Source: the human T2T-CHM13v2.0 reference genome, Homo sapiens. Taken from it: a stretch of 64,000 bases of DNA. The first letter of the stretch is position 1. Each line of letters begins with the position of its first letter. The position numbers and the translations under genes were made by a program. The notes below the pieces were generated by a model. It made no database searches and was not told the origin of the DNA. It was given only the letters and a program-made list of their open reading frames with translations. This document shows positions 1 through 13,313 of the stretch, one piece after another. The DNA lies in assembly GCF_009914755.1 (NCBI RefSeq), contig NC_060928.1; one strand, written 5' to 3'.

Positions 1-259
1 CTACTGGGGCAAAATTACAGAAAAAAAAATCTTTCTATTTGTCAATTTGTCAATACAGCTAGAAAAACACCCTAAGGACTGCCTAACTGATAAAAATATT
101 GAGAACATATGGTTCATTTAGAAATGACTTTCTTAAATATATGGAATAAATTAATGATGTGAAAGCTGATCAAACTCAATTTAGATGTGAATTTTCCATT
201 TGAAAAACCCCAAGCTCTAATACTGATCCAGGCTACAGACAGTAAGAGATTAAATCTTA

Positions 260-540
260 TTTTTTGAGAAAGGGTCTCACTCCATCACCCAGGCTGGAGT
301 GCAGTAGCACGATCAAGGCTCACTGCAGCCTCGACCTCCTAGGCTAAAGTGATCCTCCCACCTCAGCCTCTCAAGTAGCTAGGACTATAGGTATGCACCA
401 GCACACCTGACTAATTAAAAAAAATTTTTTTAGAGGTAGGATCTCACTATGCTTCCCAGGCAGCTGGTCTTGACCTTCTGGGATCAAGCAATTCTCCCAA
501 AGTGCCGAGATTACGGGGCATAAACCATTGTGTCCAGTCC
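260..540 (-). mobile_element. Alu, AluJ-like
   Basis: Reverse-complement Alu dimer (ttttgaga..cccaggctggagtgcagt..gcagcctcgacctcc..) with J-type diagnostics and high divergence. Confidence 0.9.
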
Positions 541-660
541 TAAATTTCTGATTCTTGAAAGGTAAAAGAATAGAAACCATATAAATATTCTAATGCATAG
601 AAGAGTATTTCCATAGTTTCAGGATTATATTACATTTTATTTCATTGAAAATAGGAAACA

Positions 661-995
<335 letters not shown>

Positions 996-3480
996 TTATG
1001 ATAGAAAAATTGAAATGAATCATAAAATTTGGGAAATGTCTAAAATTATAACCATAATATTTGTAAGTGAAAAGCTATATTTTATAGCAAAATAAGAATA
1101 TGTGTGTGTATGTTTATAAAAGCATATATTATATTTAGGTGCTGAGTCAAAAGTCAAATATATTAAAAAAGTATTAAGTAGCATCTATTTGTTGGAACAG
1201 CCTTCAAATATAAACTGTATATAGATTTTGCATTATCTTTTGAAATAACAACTTAGCTGAAAAAATTATCTTTGAGACCAAACAGTTTTGATCTTCAAGG
1301 TGGTTTTGAGGTAGCAAGAAAGAGAATTTCTTTGGGACATAGAGAATCAGCTTGACATAATGACACTGGCTTTGAAAAATAATTTCAGGAGTATGTCTTC
1401 ATTTCTAGCTTGCAGGCTTACTCTTCACCATATTCCAAACTCAGGGCTCACAGACATGATCAAAAAATAATTTTAAATGCTTGAACTAGCACATTAATAC
1501 CTCATGACAACGGTGGCTTGCTTATTTTAACTGATATTCATTTAAACAGCAACATGCAAAATGTCAGCATTTGAAGTGAATTAATCAGTTGATATCCCTG
1601 ATATAATCACCCAATTTGGGCGAGGTGCAGATGAACACAACACATGCTTAGATTGAAAGTAAAATGAGGGTAACTATAATTTTCCCAAGGGCCATAAGCT
1701 TGAGCATATGAATGAGATCACTTAATAATCTAATTTTCACTGGCTTTGCCTACATGATGCAGTTTCTCAATAGCCATGTAAAGCTTCCCCAGGGTCAAAC
1801 GTTTCTGGGAATCCCCAGCCGCTATCTCCTGTTCTCATATGTAATCACGAGTAGATGCCTGCTGGGCACTGCGGCTCCTCCAACAATGCTCAGCAAAGAG
1901 CCACAGCCTCTCCCGCTGCTCCTCGAGGCCCAGCTGTGGCTGGTGTGCTTCACCAACACTATATCAGGCCACTGTGCCAGCTTTTCCAGGGTGCACGACA
2001 CTCCTCTGCCACCACCCTGTTAGGCACACTCTACTGATTCCCTGGGCCTCAACAGTGTCTGAGCAGTATCTGGGTTGTATGGGAAATGAGATTATGATCC
2101 ACCCTGACTCCCCACCTGGTTCCAATGGGTAAGGTACAGACTCTAGGAACTGAAAGCTAGTTGATGATCACTTGTGAGTTTATTAGTAAACCAGATTTAT
2201 TAGCAATCTGGGCAAGTGCCCAAGAGGCTCTGAGAACCACAGTAAATTTGGATTGGAAAATGCAATTTGGATCCAGAGCCAAAGCATGTCATTGCATCCC
2301 CACCCACATTCAGACCTTGGGGTCATCTGGAGCCTGAGGTGGACTGGGAGGGTAAGGGAGAAATAGATCTTCAGAGCAAACTTGCCATCGAGCCAGTTGT
2401 CTGGAAGATCACAGGCCCATCCTATCTGACCTCATTACTGGCTGACCAGAGTGTAAAGAGGAAAGAGTAAGAGGTTGACTCTCCCTCTGTGCTTTATCCC
2501 ATGGAAGCAGAGGGGTGGAGAACGTGAGCGCCACTGCTCGCACACGGGCCATAAAGAGCAAGAGACTTGTGCAGGAGCAGTCACTTTTAACACAGGGAAA
2601 TTCTTCCTAACAGGAGGCTGTCACCAGTGAAAGGAGCTACCCTTCTCCTTTGTAGGGAAGCAGGGATAGGGTTGGCAGAGAAGCTAGAAGCTTTTTTTCA
2701 AAGCCACAGCCCTGATGGGAAGAAGCTCCCTCCTCTGTGAAAACATGAAGATGGGAGATTACATTTCTTCCTTTGAGACTATGCAGTTGATGAAGTGCTG
2801 GTGAGGAAGGAGCAGAGGGAAAATGGCTGAGCTTACTTAGGGATCCCAAAGCACTCTAGTCTGTACCCCCCAAGTGTTAGAAAGTTTATTAAGAGAGTCC
2901 TTCCAGCTTTGGCTTATCATCTTCCTGCCTTTGCTGGGTCTAATGGGCTGGCAGAGAAGACAATCCAAGTGGCAGCTTTGCTAGTGCAGAGAGCCCCCTT
3001 TCCTTCCTTCCAAAGAAAGAATGCGCCATTGGTGCATTCACTGGCCTGTCACACTTGGCTACTTTCCCTTAGAATTAATTCTCTTCCAGAAGGTATCACA
3101 GTCCCCTTTCTCCCTGAAAATCTACAGAGCAGACTAAGAATTTACCAAACATACCCATATACGTCTATAATGTCAGCAATAGTTATCATTAGCATTTTTT
3201 CACCAGGAGTCTCTTCCTCACTCAACACAAAGACAACTGGTGGGTCTGTCCTGAGAGTTAACCAGACTTTGCCAGCCACGTCCACACTTAAGCAGTGAAT
3301 CTGACCCAGGCCCAGGTTGTCATTCTCCACTCTGCATAAGTCATAATATAATTTTGTAAGCAGGCATATACATGAGGGCTGGTTAACTGAAGGAGAAGTG
3401 AGCTTTGAGACACTTAAAATGTGAAACTAACAAAGAAGATAAATAGAGGAGTTCAAGAAGTCATTTAAATGGAAGAGTCT

Positions 3481-3750
3481 ATTAATTCATCTATTCATTT
3501 TTTATTTTAGTCAGCATTTATTTAGAACTTTTGTAGGTGCTAAATACAGTGTGTGAAGATTTTTAAAAAATCATATTTAGTTCCTGTCCTTAAGGATCTC
3601 ACAGTCTAAGTATAAAGGCAGACATGTAAACAGGCAAATGATACCTGCCATAAACCCTTTTCTATGAAATGTGGACATAATGAATTTCATAAAAATGAAA
3701 CATGATAAATGCTATAACAGACACATAAAGTGCTATGAAGTACAGGGAGG
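3481..3750 (-). mobile_element. L2 3' end fragment
   Basis: attcat..catttatt..cctgtccttaagga..acagtcta resembles the reverse-complemented L2 3' terminus. Confidence 0.65.
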
Positions 3751-4729
3751 AACTAATTTTTACTATAATTTTTATTATTGTTACTAGAATCATTAGGTAG
3801 TCCCTAAATTGGAAAGATTTGTGAACATATAAAAAATAATAAATACTTAAGCTTACCTTTTTTCATACATGACTATTCTAGGCCTGGATTTCTATTACAG
3901 AATTTCTTGAATATACTTCTTTTTTTCAGTTTATTTATGGAATAATTATGGTAGCAATGACCGGTAATGACCTTTGAGTTATAAAAATAGATCTTTTATA
4001 AAGTAAACTCATTTACTGAGAAGTCACTGGAACATTTTGGTCTTGTGGAAAAACACAGTTATTATTTACTGATAAATTATTTCCTGTTTATGTAACTGAC
4101 CTGCCATGTTAAAGCATTAAATTAACATTTTGGAAAATGAAACAAATATCTTTCTACAAATAGGAAGGATCATTTTAAGGTTTTTAATTAGTTTGTCTCT
4201 TGCTTTTATTCAGTTTTCTGAGATAAAAATTAAAGAATTAAAAATATTTCTTTTAGTTAATAATTTTTAAATTACTTGGAAGTCACCGTAGCTCATTTGA
4301 TCTACACTATTTTTCTCAATTGGTAGGATAAATCTCTACAGGCATCCATAGAGACAGCTCCCAAGCATCAGCGAATTGAAGAATTTGGGAATATGCTTTA
4401 CTGATTGTTCCATATTTCTTTATTTTTTACACTGCTTTTCTTTATCCAATCTTACTTTTCATTGCAGTTGCTTTTTTTTTTGGCTTTGTCTGCTCATGCC
4501 TTGGGCTCTTCAGTGGTACACTGGAATATTGCTCAACTCTGTGGTGGACATCAGTTTCAGTAGGTGATTCTGTGTGTCCCTCTTGGGAAATCTGCTATAG
4601 ACCTCTCCTTACAGACAATATTCAAGTACAGAACAGACACACTTAGTATAAAGTAGAAATTGATATAAACAAAAAAGTCAGTGAATCTAGTGTTTATGAG
4701 AATTCCTGTTTCATATAATTGGTGATCAT

Positions 4730-5180
4730 GTATGGTGAAACATCTGCTGTTTCTCCTGCTAGTAGCACTCTGATTTTTCCTTGTAGATGTATCAATCCTT
4801 AACTCAGTCCATATAACCAGACAGCCAATGACAATGGTGTATCACAGGAACCACAGTGTCTGTATCAGAAGTGGTCACATGAGTCAAGAAGGGCTAATTA
4901 GAGCCAGCCCGGAGACTTCTGCAGGAACTAATGAGTTGGGGTTTCTGTTTTGGTGAGAGTAAGCTTGGAGCTGTTGGAACCAATCTGCTGCCTAAGAATG
5001 ACACCAGCACAAAGAAAGCCAAGTCAAGAGCTGGAAAGAGAGAAAGACATCCTGGTCCTGATAATATTGTTTGAGCCGCTAGATATAACTGGCCCTGAGG
5101 CTAGTGTAATCTTATACATTTCAGAAAAATGAGCCAATAAGTTGCTAAGTTTATTGTAGCATATTTTCTTTATGCTTAAA
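4730..5180 (+). mobile_element. Old ERVL-MaLR LTR (MLT1K/L-like)
   Basis: ggtcacatgagtcaag, cttggagctgttgg, tgtttgagccgctagat and tgagccaataa match MLT1K/L features. Confidence 0.6.
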
Positions 5181-5633
5181 GTTCACCTTTTTCACATTGA
5201 TTTTTTATTGTCTTTTATTTGTTTCCTTTACTAGATTTGAAATGCCTTGAGATCAGAATTCCCAATAGCTAGCAAATAACAGATGCTCATTAAATATTTA
5301 TTTGACAAACAATTCAGAATCTATCTTTAAAACAAAAATCACACAGCTAGATATTTAGCAACATTGATAACATATATTAACATTTTTCAATAAGGGCTAG
5401 ATTTTATAATTATCAAATTACCATATTTGTGGGGGAAAAATGGAATACTACTTGGCTTAAAAATATCTGGGAAAGACTGCACCAATAAATATTCTGCTCA
5501 TAGAATTTCAAAAGTAAAAGATACGTGGAGAAAAATGACACCTTCCATTATAATTAAAGTTACTGGTATCATAAATACTGACAAACAGGATACCTACATG
5601 AAGTCCTACAATCTAGTTTATACTCTGCTCACT

Positions 5634-6041
5634 TGTATTAGTCCATTCTCACACTGCTATAAAGAACTACCTGAGACTGGGTAATTTATGAAGAAAAGAA
5701 GTATAATTGACTCACAGTGTCATAGGCTTAACAGGAAGCATGACTGGGAGGCCTCAGGAAATTTACAATCATGGTGGAAGGTGAAAGGGAAGCAAGCTCA
5801 TATTAACATGGCGGAGCAGCAAAGAGGGGTGGGGAGGAAGAGAAGAAGTTGTGGGGGTGGGGAGAAGTGCCATACACTTTTAAACCTGAAGATCTTGTGA
5901 GAATTGACTCACTAGCATGAGAAAAGCATGGGGGAAATCTGCCCCAATGATCTAATCACCTCTTACCAGGTCCCTTCCCCAACATTGGGAATTGCAATTC
6001 AACATGAGATTTGGGTGGGGACACAGAGCCAAACCATATTA
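5634..6041 (-). mobile_element. MaLR solo LTR (MSTA/THE1D-like)
   Basis: Starts tgtattagtccattctcacactgctataaag and ends gagatttgggtggggacacagagccaaaccatatta, the reverse-complemented LTR termini. Confidence 0.9.
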
Positions 6042-6649
6042 CTACTCTAACAAATGAATTGCAAAGTTATATAATGTGTAAAAATTCCAATATACAACTT
6101 CACTTTACTCTATCTCTGTTGGGATGATGTTGCTATAATTGTAGAAATCAATCTTTGTTCAACTAAATGTTTATTTAACCATTTGGAGAGTTTCCTTTTG
6201 TGTCCCACCCTGAAAAGTCTTTAAAGAGAAGACTAGAAATATTACTACCTGTCACTGCTTGAACCACCTGCTGGTGGGGTCTATTTATCCATGGATTTCT
6301 GGGTAAATAATGATTAATAACTAAGACAGATCAATGATTCACAAAACATAATTTGCCATGCAAGACAAGCAGTGTTTAGAGTGGCAGGTAGAGGTAGCAA
6401 CTAATCATAAAACTTTATTTGAGTGAGGAGTTCTTCATTTGAATATTACAGGTTTTTCTGTTTTGTTTTGTTTTTAAATCAGTAAAAGAAACTGGGTCCT
6501 AGAAGCTGCAGTGATCTAAGTAACAGTGTTTGTGCATTCTTTTTTTTGTTTTTGTTTAAATACGTTTAAATTAGTACACTGCTGGCACACCTCATTTGCA
6601 TGAAATTCTGTACCGTACTTACTCATTGTAGTAAGGTTGCCCCCTTCCC

Positions 6650-6681
6650 GGGGTTGGGGATGGGGGCACGGGGGTGGGGGG
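6650..6681 (+). other. Potential G-quadruplex
   Basis: ggggttggggatgggggcacgggggtgggggg: five G-runs of 4-6 nt with 1-3 nt loops. Confidence 0.75.
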
Positions 6682-7449
6682 AACTACTGTGGAAGATAAT
6701 TTTCACTGAAATCTAACCAAACTTCATTAAGTAAATTGTGACAAGATTATAAACGATATGAAAACTAACATTCTAACATTTGGCCATCAAATTGAAGAAA
6801 ATGGTTTGCCTATACAAATTTTCGTAATTTTTAAAAGATAACATATTCTACCCTCATATGGTCCTCATTAAAGCATAATGAACAGGAAAGAAAAGGAAAA
6901 GACTGCAACTGGGTGCTAAGGCAGAACATCTTGTCAGAAGCAACTAATGAACGTAGAGTATATACTAAATACCAAGTGCGGAATTTCACAGGGCCAACAA
7001 GATAACAGTCCATATTTTTCACTTACACAGGTGAGGTGGATTTTGCAATTACCAGTTGCATTAAATGCACCAAACACAATTTCAAAAATAGACCTAAAAC
7101 CTATAATAAACCTACACTCTACTTCGTCTCTCATGAAGGACTCATGCCTGAAAGGAATGACCATACAAAAATGAACAAGCATACACTTCCCTGGCATACC
7201 CAGCAGATCCCCTTGCCACAATCAACACAAACTTTTACTCAACAAAGGGTGAGGCTCAGCCATCAGTAGGTGTGGAATTATTCCAGTCTCTCTCAAGGCA
7301 GTTGACTCTGGGTTTTCTTTCTTCACCTGGAGTTTTTGTTTAACTGAGGTCTAACTGAAAGTTCAATGTTGAATGGCTTCTAGCCCACAGAGTTTACCTT
7401 CAAGATCACTTGGCTTCATTTTGGGAAAGAGACTTTTTATCTTGCCGCC

Positions 7450-7461
7450 AGAAAGTGAAAC
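7450..7461 (+). promoter_or_regulatory. ISRE/IRF-type motif
   Basis: agaaagtgaaac matches GAAANNGAAAC in apparently unique sequence; motif match only. Confidence 0.4.
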
Positions 7462-7520
7462 AAAATTTAAGACAAAAAGCATTCTTTGTTATATTATTTC
7501 CTTCATCTTTCCTGGTTTAG

Positions 7521-7582
7521 GAAGAAGTTGAGTTCTGTGTGGTTCTGCGAGCTGACATTTGGCATGGCTTTGTTCTTTGGTG
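7521..7582 (+). other. Candidate 62-nt internal exon
   Basis: Pyrimidine-rich acceptor ttccttcatctttcctggtttag|G and donor TG|gtaaga; no transcript evidence available. Confidence 0.35.
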
Positions 7583-9024
7583 GTAAGAATTATTCAGTGA
7601 GTTTTTCTATTGTTTGTTTTCTGAATTCTAATTACTACCTTTTTAACTTTGGAAGGCAAGACAAGCTTACTCATTTTTTAAAGTTTCTGCTTCATATGGT
7701 GTATCTTAATTTTTATAAATATGTTTGTTTGCTTATATGTTTGTTTTTGAAAAATTCTTTTTGTCCAGTTCTCCTAGTCCTCTGGGATAAGTCAGTTATT
7801 TACTAAGAGGCTTCTGTGCCACTTCCTTGCAATAACAAGCAGACACTTCTTTTTTTTTAAATGATAGGATCACAGTTTTAATGAATAAACATCACAGTTT
7901 CTAACCACTATTTTAAGTGAAGTATTAAAGGACGCATGTGGGTCTCAGTGATCCAGGCAAAAGTACCTTTGAAAATATTCTGTGGGAGATGCTGTTATCC
8001 ACATGAACAGGAAAAAAAATGTCGTAGACATCTATCTTGTTCTCCCAGGTATTTATGAGTATCGCTGCAAATATTGCAATTTCTAGGGGCATTTCAGCCC
8101 AGGTACTTTAAATATAATCCAATTCCCATTTCATAGTTATATCAGTAGCTAAGGTGACTTGATATCAGGTGATAGGAACTGATATAAAGGTCTGTGAACT
8201 TCATTCTGATAAATTTTGAACTGCATTCACTTTCTTTTTTATGTGACTTTTATCTTATTACTAAAGTTAGAAGAAATCATAAATTTAAAAAATCTACCTG
8301 CAATCCCACCAACCCCTCTTCACATTTTAATATTTGTATATCTAGATTTTCTCTATTTAGTAATCTATCTTTACCCTTAAATTATGAAGAGCTTTCCAAA
8401 ATGCTGTGCTCTTTTAAATAGACCTGCTGCTTACAGAATCTGCCTCCAGAACCTTGAATCTATAGGCAGAATCTTGAGGTACTCTCTCATGGCCTAAGTA
8501 GGCATGGTTATATTTTCTGGAACAAATCCCTCTTGTTTCCTGTTGACTTTGTAAGAGCTCTCTTCCTACATATCATGGACAAAATAATTTGGAAGCTGCT
8601 TCTTGGATTTACGAGTCATTTAATAAAGTCATCTCCCCAGTTCAGGTTTTTCCTGGATAAATAAAGTTTTCGAAAGTAATTGATTCAGCCAAAAGAAGCC
8701 ACCAGAGAGCTTTACAAAGGACTCCACACAAAAGGAACTCTGTTGAATATCAATAACAGTATTCTAGATTCATGTGCAATTCAACCTTTTAACAATACTA
8801 GTGTTTGGCACGGGGTAAGCCAGCAGTCACTCCTGAATGAAAATCAAAACAAAATGAAATAAGGAACATAAAAAAATCCTAAATCTACAATATCAATGCT
8901 GGTGTTGAAGCCCAATAGGCTATTGGCTGTTTTTTAAATTTAAGTCTTTGAATAATGTGAGATGCTACTGAAAAATTATTTAATATTGTAGCAATTTTAT
9001 AAAATAGCCTAGAAATGATATTAG

Positions 9025-9205
9025 CAATAACCAACATTTTAAAGCACTTAATATGTACCTTACATTAAATACCTATGAGACTTTATATGTACTCTTTTGC
9101 ATACATATTTCATAAGAACCCCATGAGGTATAGAGATAAACTGCCCAACACTATCCAGGTGGCAAACTGCAGAAGAAGATAAATCAAGCTTTGTGTGACT
9201 CAGAT
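9025..9205 (-). mobile_element. MIR
   Basis: aacatttt..agcactta..aaccccatgaggta..tgtgactcag resembles reverse-complemented MIR. Confidence 0.6.
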
Positions 9206-10119
9206 GCCCTTTGCATCATCCTCACAATGCATGTGGCATTCTGCAGATATTTATATGACTACAGAGTCCATTTCATTTCTACTAGGTTAAACTTCCTGAC
9301 CTCTAGCAAAGCAGGACAGTTAGATACTCTAATATGATTCATATTTGGGTCCCACCAAAGATCTGTCCAGAGATATGCTTCTTTTGTGGTTCAAGGCACA
9401 GGGAATCTCTAGACTATGAATCCCAGAATGCAAATTGACTGATATTCAGGTTTTTCATTGAGTACATGAAAAGAAATTTCAACTGCCTTCTCCTTCCTTA
9501 AGAAGAACCCTTCCCTGGCTCTGAAAACATTGTCAATGGAGTGTATGCAATAGTAGAGGATAAAGTCAACTGAAATGAATTAATAGAACTTTATTAAAGA
9601 TAATATGCATATAACTAGTTTTAAAAGGTAAAGAAACAAGGGAAAATGAGCTCAGCAATATATCAGGAGTTACCCAACCTGGAAAATATTATGGCAGTGA
9701 TAAAACTACTGCAGTATTAAAGAGAGACAGAGAGAGAGAGAGAGCATTTCTAAGGCTACCTGATGAGTCTTTGAAACAGAAATCCAGCTGGCTCTAACCT
9801 TTTAGAAGATGGTATTTTTTTTCTAAAATATGGCTAACAAGCTTATGTGACGTATTCTCCATCAAAAATGAACTCTGAAGAGCAGTCTGACTCTAAGAAT
9901 AACTTCTAATATCTAGGATGAGCAACTGTGGTTCTGTTTGCTCACTAACCTCACAAAGTGTCATTCCCTTTAAGGGTAGGGATGGCATTTTGATCAAATT
10001 TATTTTCTTTTCATTTTTCTGGGATAATGGGAGTTGATCACAGATTATAGTTGCCAGTACCATTCGAGGTGCCAAAGGATCCTTGGCACCTTACCACAAG
10101 TACCTGTCAGGTTGGTTGA

Positions 10120-10430
10120 GAAGGGAAATGTCAGCAGACAATTAGGATACAGTGACAAGTGCTGTGATGGGCCATAGGCACTCAAACTTCATGGCCGCAT
10201 GGTGAAAGGGAGCATGGGCAGAGTGGTGGTGAGAAAGAACCTTTCTTGAGAGATTTTGTAAAGGACATGTCTGGTCCAGGTGAAGAACGGGGTGAGGGGT
10301 GCTCTAGGCTAATAAGCTTATGAATGAAGGCACAGAGGTGTGACAAAGCATCCTTGAGGAACTGGAGATAGTTAAGTATGGGATGAATGTTAAGATGCAG
10401 ATAGTGAGTGTTGGGAGAGGAGGTCAGAGT
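10120..10430 (-). mobile_element. L2 fragment
   Basis: Purine-rich L2-like tract (aagtgctgtgat..aaggcacagaggtgtga..gaggaactg). Confidence 0.55.
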
Positions 10431-11339
10431 CTCTCGTTAGCCAAATATTCTGTGCCTTCTGCTATTCATGAGGTGATGAACCAACCATTTATGAATAAGC
10501 ATGAACACAGCTTTGCTGTTTTGTGCATGTATTCCTTCCTGTAGCTCAGTGGGGAGTATGTGCTACTACTAAATTGTTAGCTCCTTGAGGACAGGGACCA
10601 CATGAGTCAGGAAACGCTGTAGATTGAGCATTATCCTTGAAGTCAGGGCAGTGCAAAAGTGGTACCCTTAAGGGAACACAATACATAAAAGCCAAGATCA
10701 GTTAGCATCTTTCAAGTTAACTGTTGAGTAAAAATGAAAGGAATGTAGAATATGTTTAAACATGTATGGACCACAAAACAATGTTAATTAAAGATTGTTT
10801 TCCAAAGGAGATAGATAAATGTTGGATTTACAAGAAAACAGAAGTTAACAATGAAGAGCATTTGTAAAGTTACAGAACTGGAAAGTTTCACACCACATGT
10901 AGATGATGGCAGGGGATTTACTGAAACAGTAGATAGGATAGTGTGACTGGATTAAGATGAATAGGTGGAAAGGCTGATCCAGCTAATTCTTATAGAAAGT
11001 GTGTAGGGTATAAACCATAAATAAACAAATTAAGATGATAGTGGAAGATCCTGATCACCTGACAGAAAGTAAATAATTGGTTTGAAACCAAAGCAGTTCC
11101 TGAGTTTCTTAAGAAGGAAAAAATATTAGTGTCATCATGTAAACGATGTTTGAGAAAGAGTTTCCAGCAATAATTTATATCTCTTCACAGAATGGAAATA
11201 TTAAATTAAAAGGGTGGAAGGAGCCTATGGCTATTTTTTTTAAAAAAGCTGAGGAGACATAACAAATGGAGCAGAGGCTTCGGGTTCTAGCCCCAATTTT
11301 CCCTGGGCTGCCACTTCTCCTTTCCAGTCTGACAACTAG

Positions 11340-11714
<375 letters not shown>

Positions 11715-11822
11715 TAACTGGGGCAAGTCACATCAGCTCTCTGGGTATCAGATTCTTCAACTGTAACATGAGGAGGTAGGATCCAGATTGTCATTAAGGA
11801 TGGCTTTTGAATTTATAATTCT
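11715..11822 (+). mobile_element. MIR (MIRc/MIR3-like)
   Basis: MIR core ggcaagtcac..tctctggg..ttcttcaactgtaacatgagg. Confidence 0.65.
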
Positions 11823-12426
11823 AAAAAATTCCACAAAATTAATAAAATACAATCCTAGCTAATTTTCCCCACAGATAAGCAAACTCCCATTTCTCCTATG
11901 AAGGGAAGAACATGGGACCCAGAAAGCCTGAGGAGAGCCCCCAAGTGAGTCTTAGTTCAGTGTTCATTTTAGAAGCAACGCTTTCAAAAAAAGTATGTTT
12001 TTTCATATTTTAACATGTCTATTAAATGTCATAGAATTCATGGGATTTTACAATCATAATTAGCAGCATTTTTTTCTTTCTTAGCAGCTCAAAAAATTAT
12101 GATATGTTATACATTTAAATTCTCTTTTAATTCTCAAGTCCAGTTAAGATCAGAGTATATATAGTAGATCTTTCTAACATCTGAAGCAACAGTATTTAGA
12201 TGAATCAGTGGAATGAGACAGAGTCTCCAAAGCAGTTGTCACAATTTTATTAATTTTCAGAAAATCCTCGTACACTATAAGATAGTCTCTCTATATCTCC
12301 TGCTCAAGGTCACTCTTAGATAACTAATTCTTCTAAAGAAGGCCCAGGGTTCTGTTGGTTGAAACTTTTTATTGTATTGTTATTCACTGTTGCTATTTTT
12401 ATTATCATAATTATTATTAATTTAGA

Positions 12427-12590
12427 TCAATGTTTTTCAAACTGTAGACTGAAACCTATTTGTTGATTGTATCGTCAGTATAGTGGGTCATCACAGCATT
12501 TTAACAAATAAAGCAACATACGCTAAAACAGGAAATCTCATCCTATCTGGTAAGAGTATCATTTCCTGACACTCTTTCTGGATGTGCTTT
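12427..12590. mobile_element. hAT-Charlie fragment (Charlie4-like)
   Basis: caatgtttttcaaactg..tagtgggtca..cagcatt resembles the Charlie4 terminus. Confidence 0.45.
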
Positions 12591-12591
12591 G

Positions 12592-13313
12592 TTTTTTTTT
12601 CTTTTAATTTATATTTTTAGTTCTGGAGTACATGTGCAGGATGTACAGGTTTGTTACATAGGTAAACATGTGCCATGGAAGTCTGCTGCACCTATCAACC
12701 CGTCATCTAGGTTTTAAGCCCAGCATGCATTAGCTATTTTTCCTAATGCTCTCCCTCCCCCAACCCCACCCCCAACAGGCCCCAGTGTGTGTTGTTTCCC
12801 TCCCTGTGTCCATGTGTTCTTATTGTTCAGCTCCCACTTATGAGTGAGAACATGCCATGTTTGGTTCTCTGTTGCTGTGTTAGTTTGCTGAGGATAACGG
12901 CTTCCAGCTTCATCCATGTCCCTCCCTGTAAAGGACATGATCTCATTCTATTTTACGGCTGCATAGTATTCCATGGTGTATATGTATCACATTTTCCTTA
13001 TCCAGTATATTGATAGGCATTTCTATTGATTCCATGTCTTTGCTATTGTGAATAGTGCTGCAATGAACTTACACATGCATATATCTTCTTAATAGAATGA
13101 TTTATATTTCTTTGGGTATATACCCAATAATGGAATTGTTGGTTCAAATGATATTTCTGGTTCCAGATCTTTGAGGAATAGCCACACCATCTTCCACAAT
13201 GGTTTAACTAAGTTACATTCCCACCAACAGTGTAAAAGTGCTCATACTTCTCCACAACCTTGCCACCATCTGTCGTTTCTTGACTTTTTAAAAATCACCG
13301 TTCTGACTGGCGT
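12592..13313 (-). mobile_element. L1PA (about L1PA8-10) 3' end, 5'-truncated
   Basis: tacatgtgcagg..gttacataggtaaacatgtgccatgg..cccacttatgagtgagaacatg is the L1PA 3'UTR; runs into the ORF2 3' end. Confidence 0.92.

Noticed and set aside
1712-3330. GC-richer region with ORFs of 103 and 129 aa
   Set aside because: No recognisable protein similarity or exon structure, and one ORF has a non-ATG start; may be a decayed LTR that I cannot classify.
7011-8054. YAG|GT motifs at 7030, 8048 (and 52173) as recursive splice sites
   Set aside because: CAGGT is common, the donors at 8049 and 52174 are weak, and no host long intron is established.
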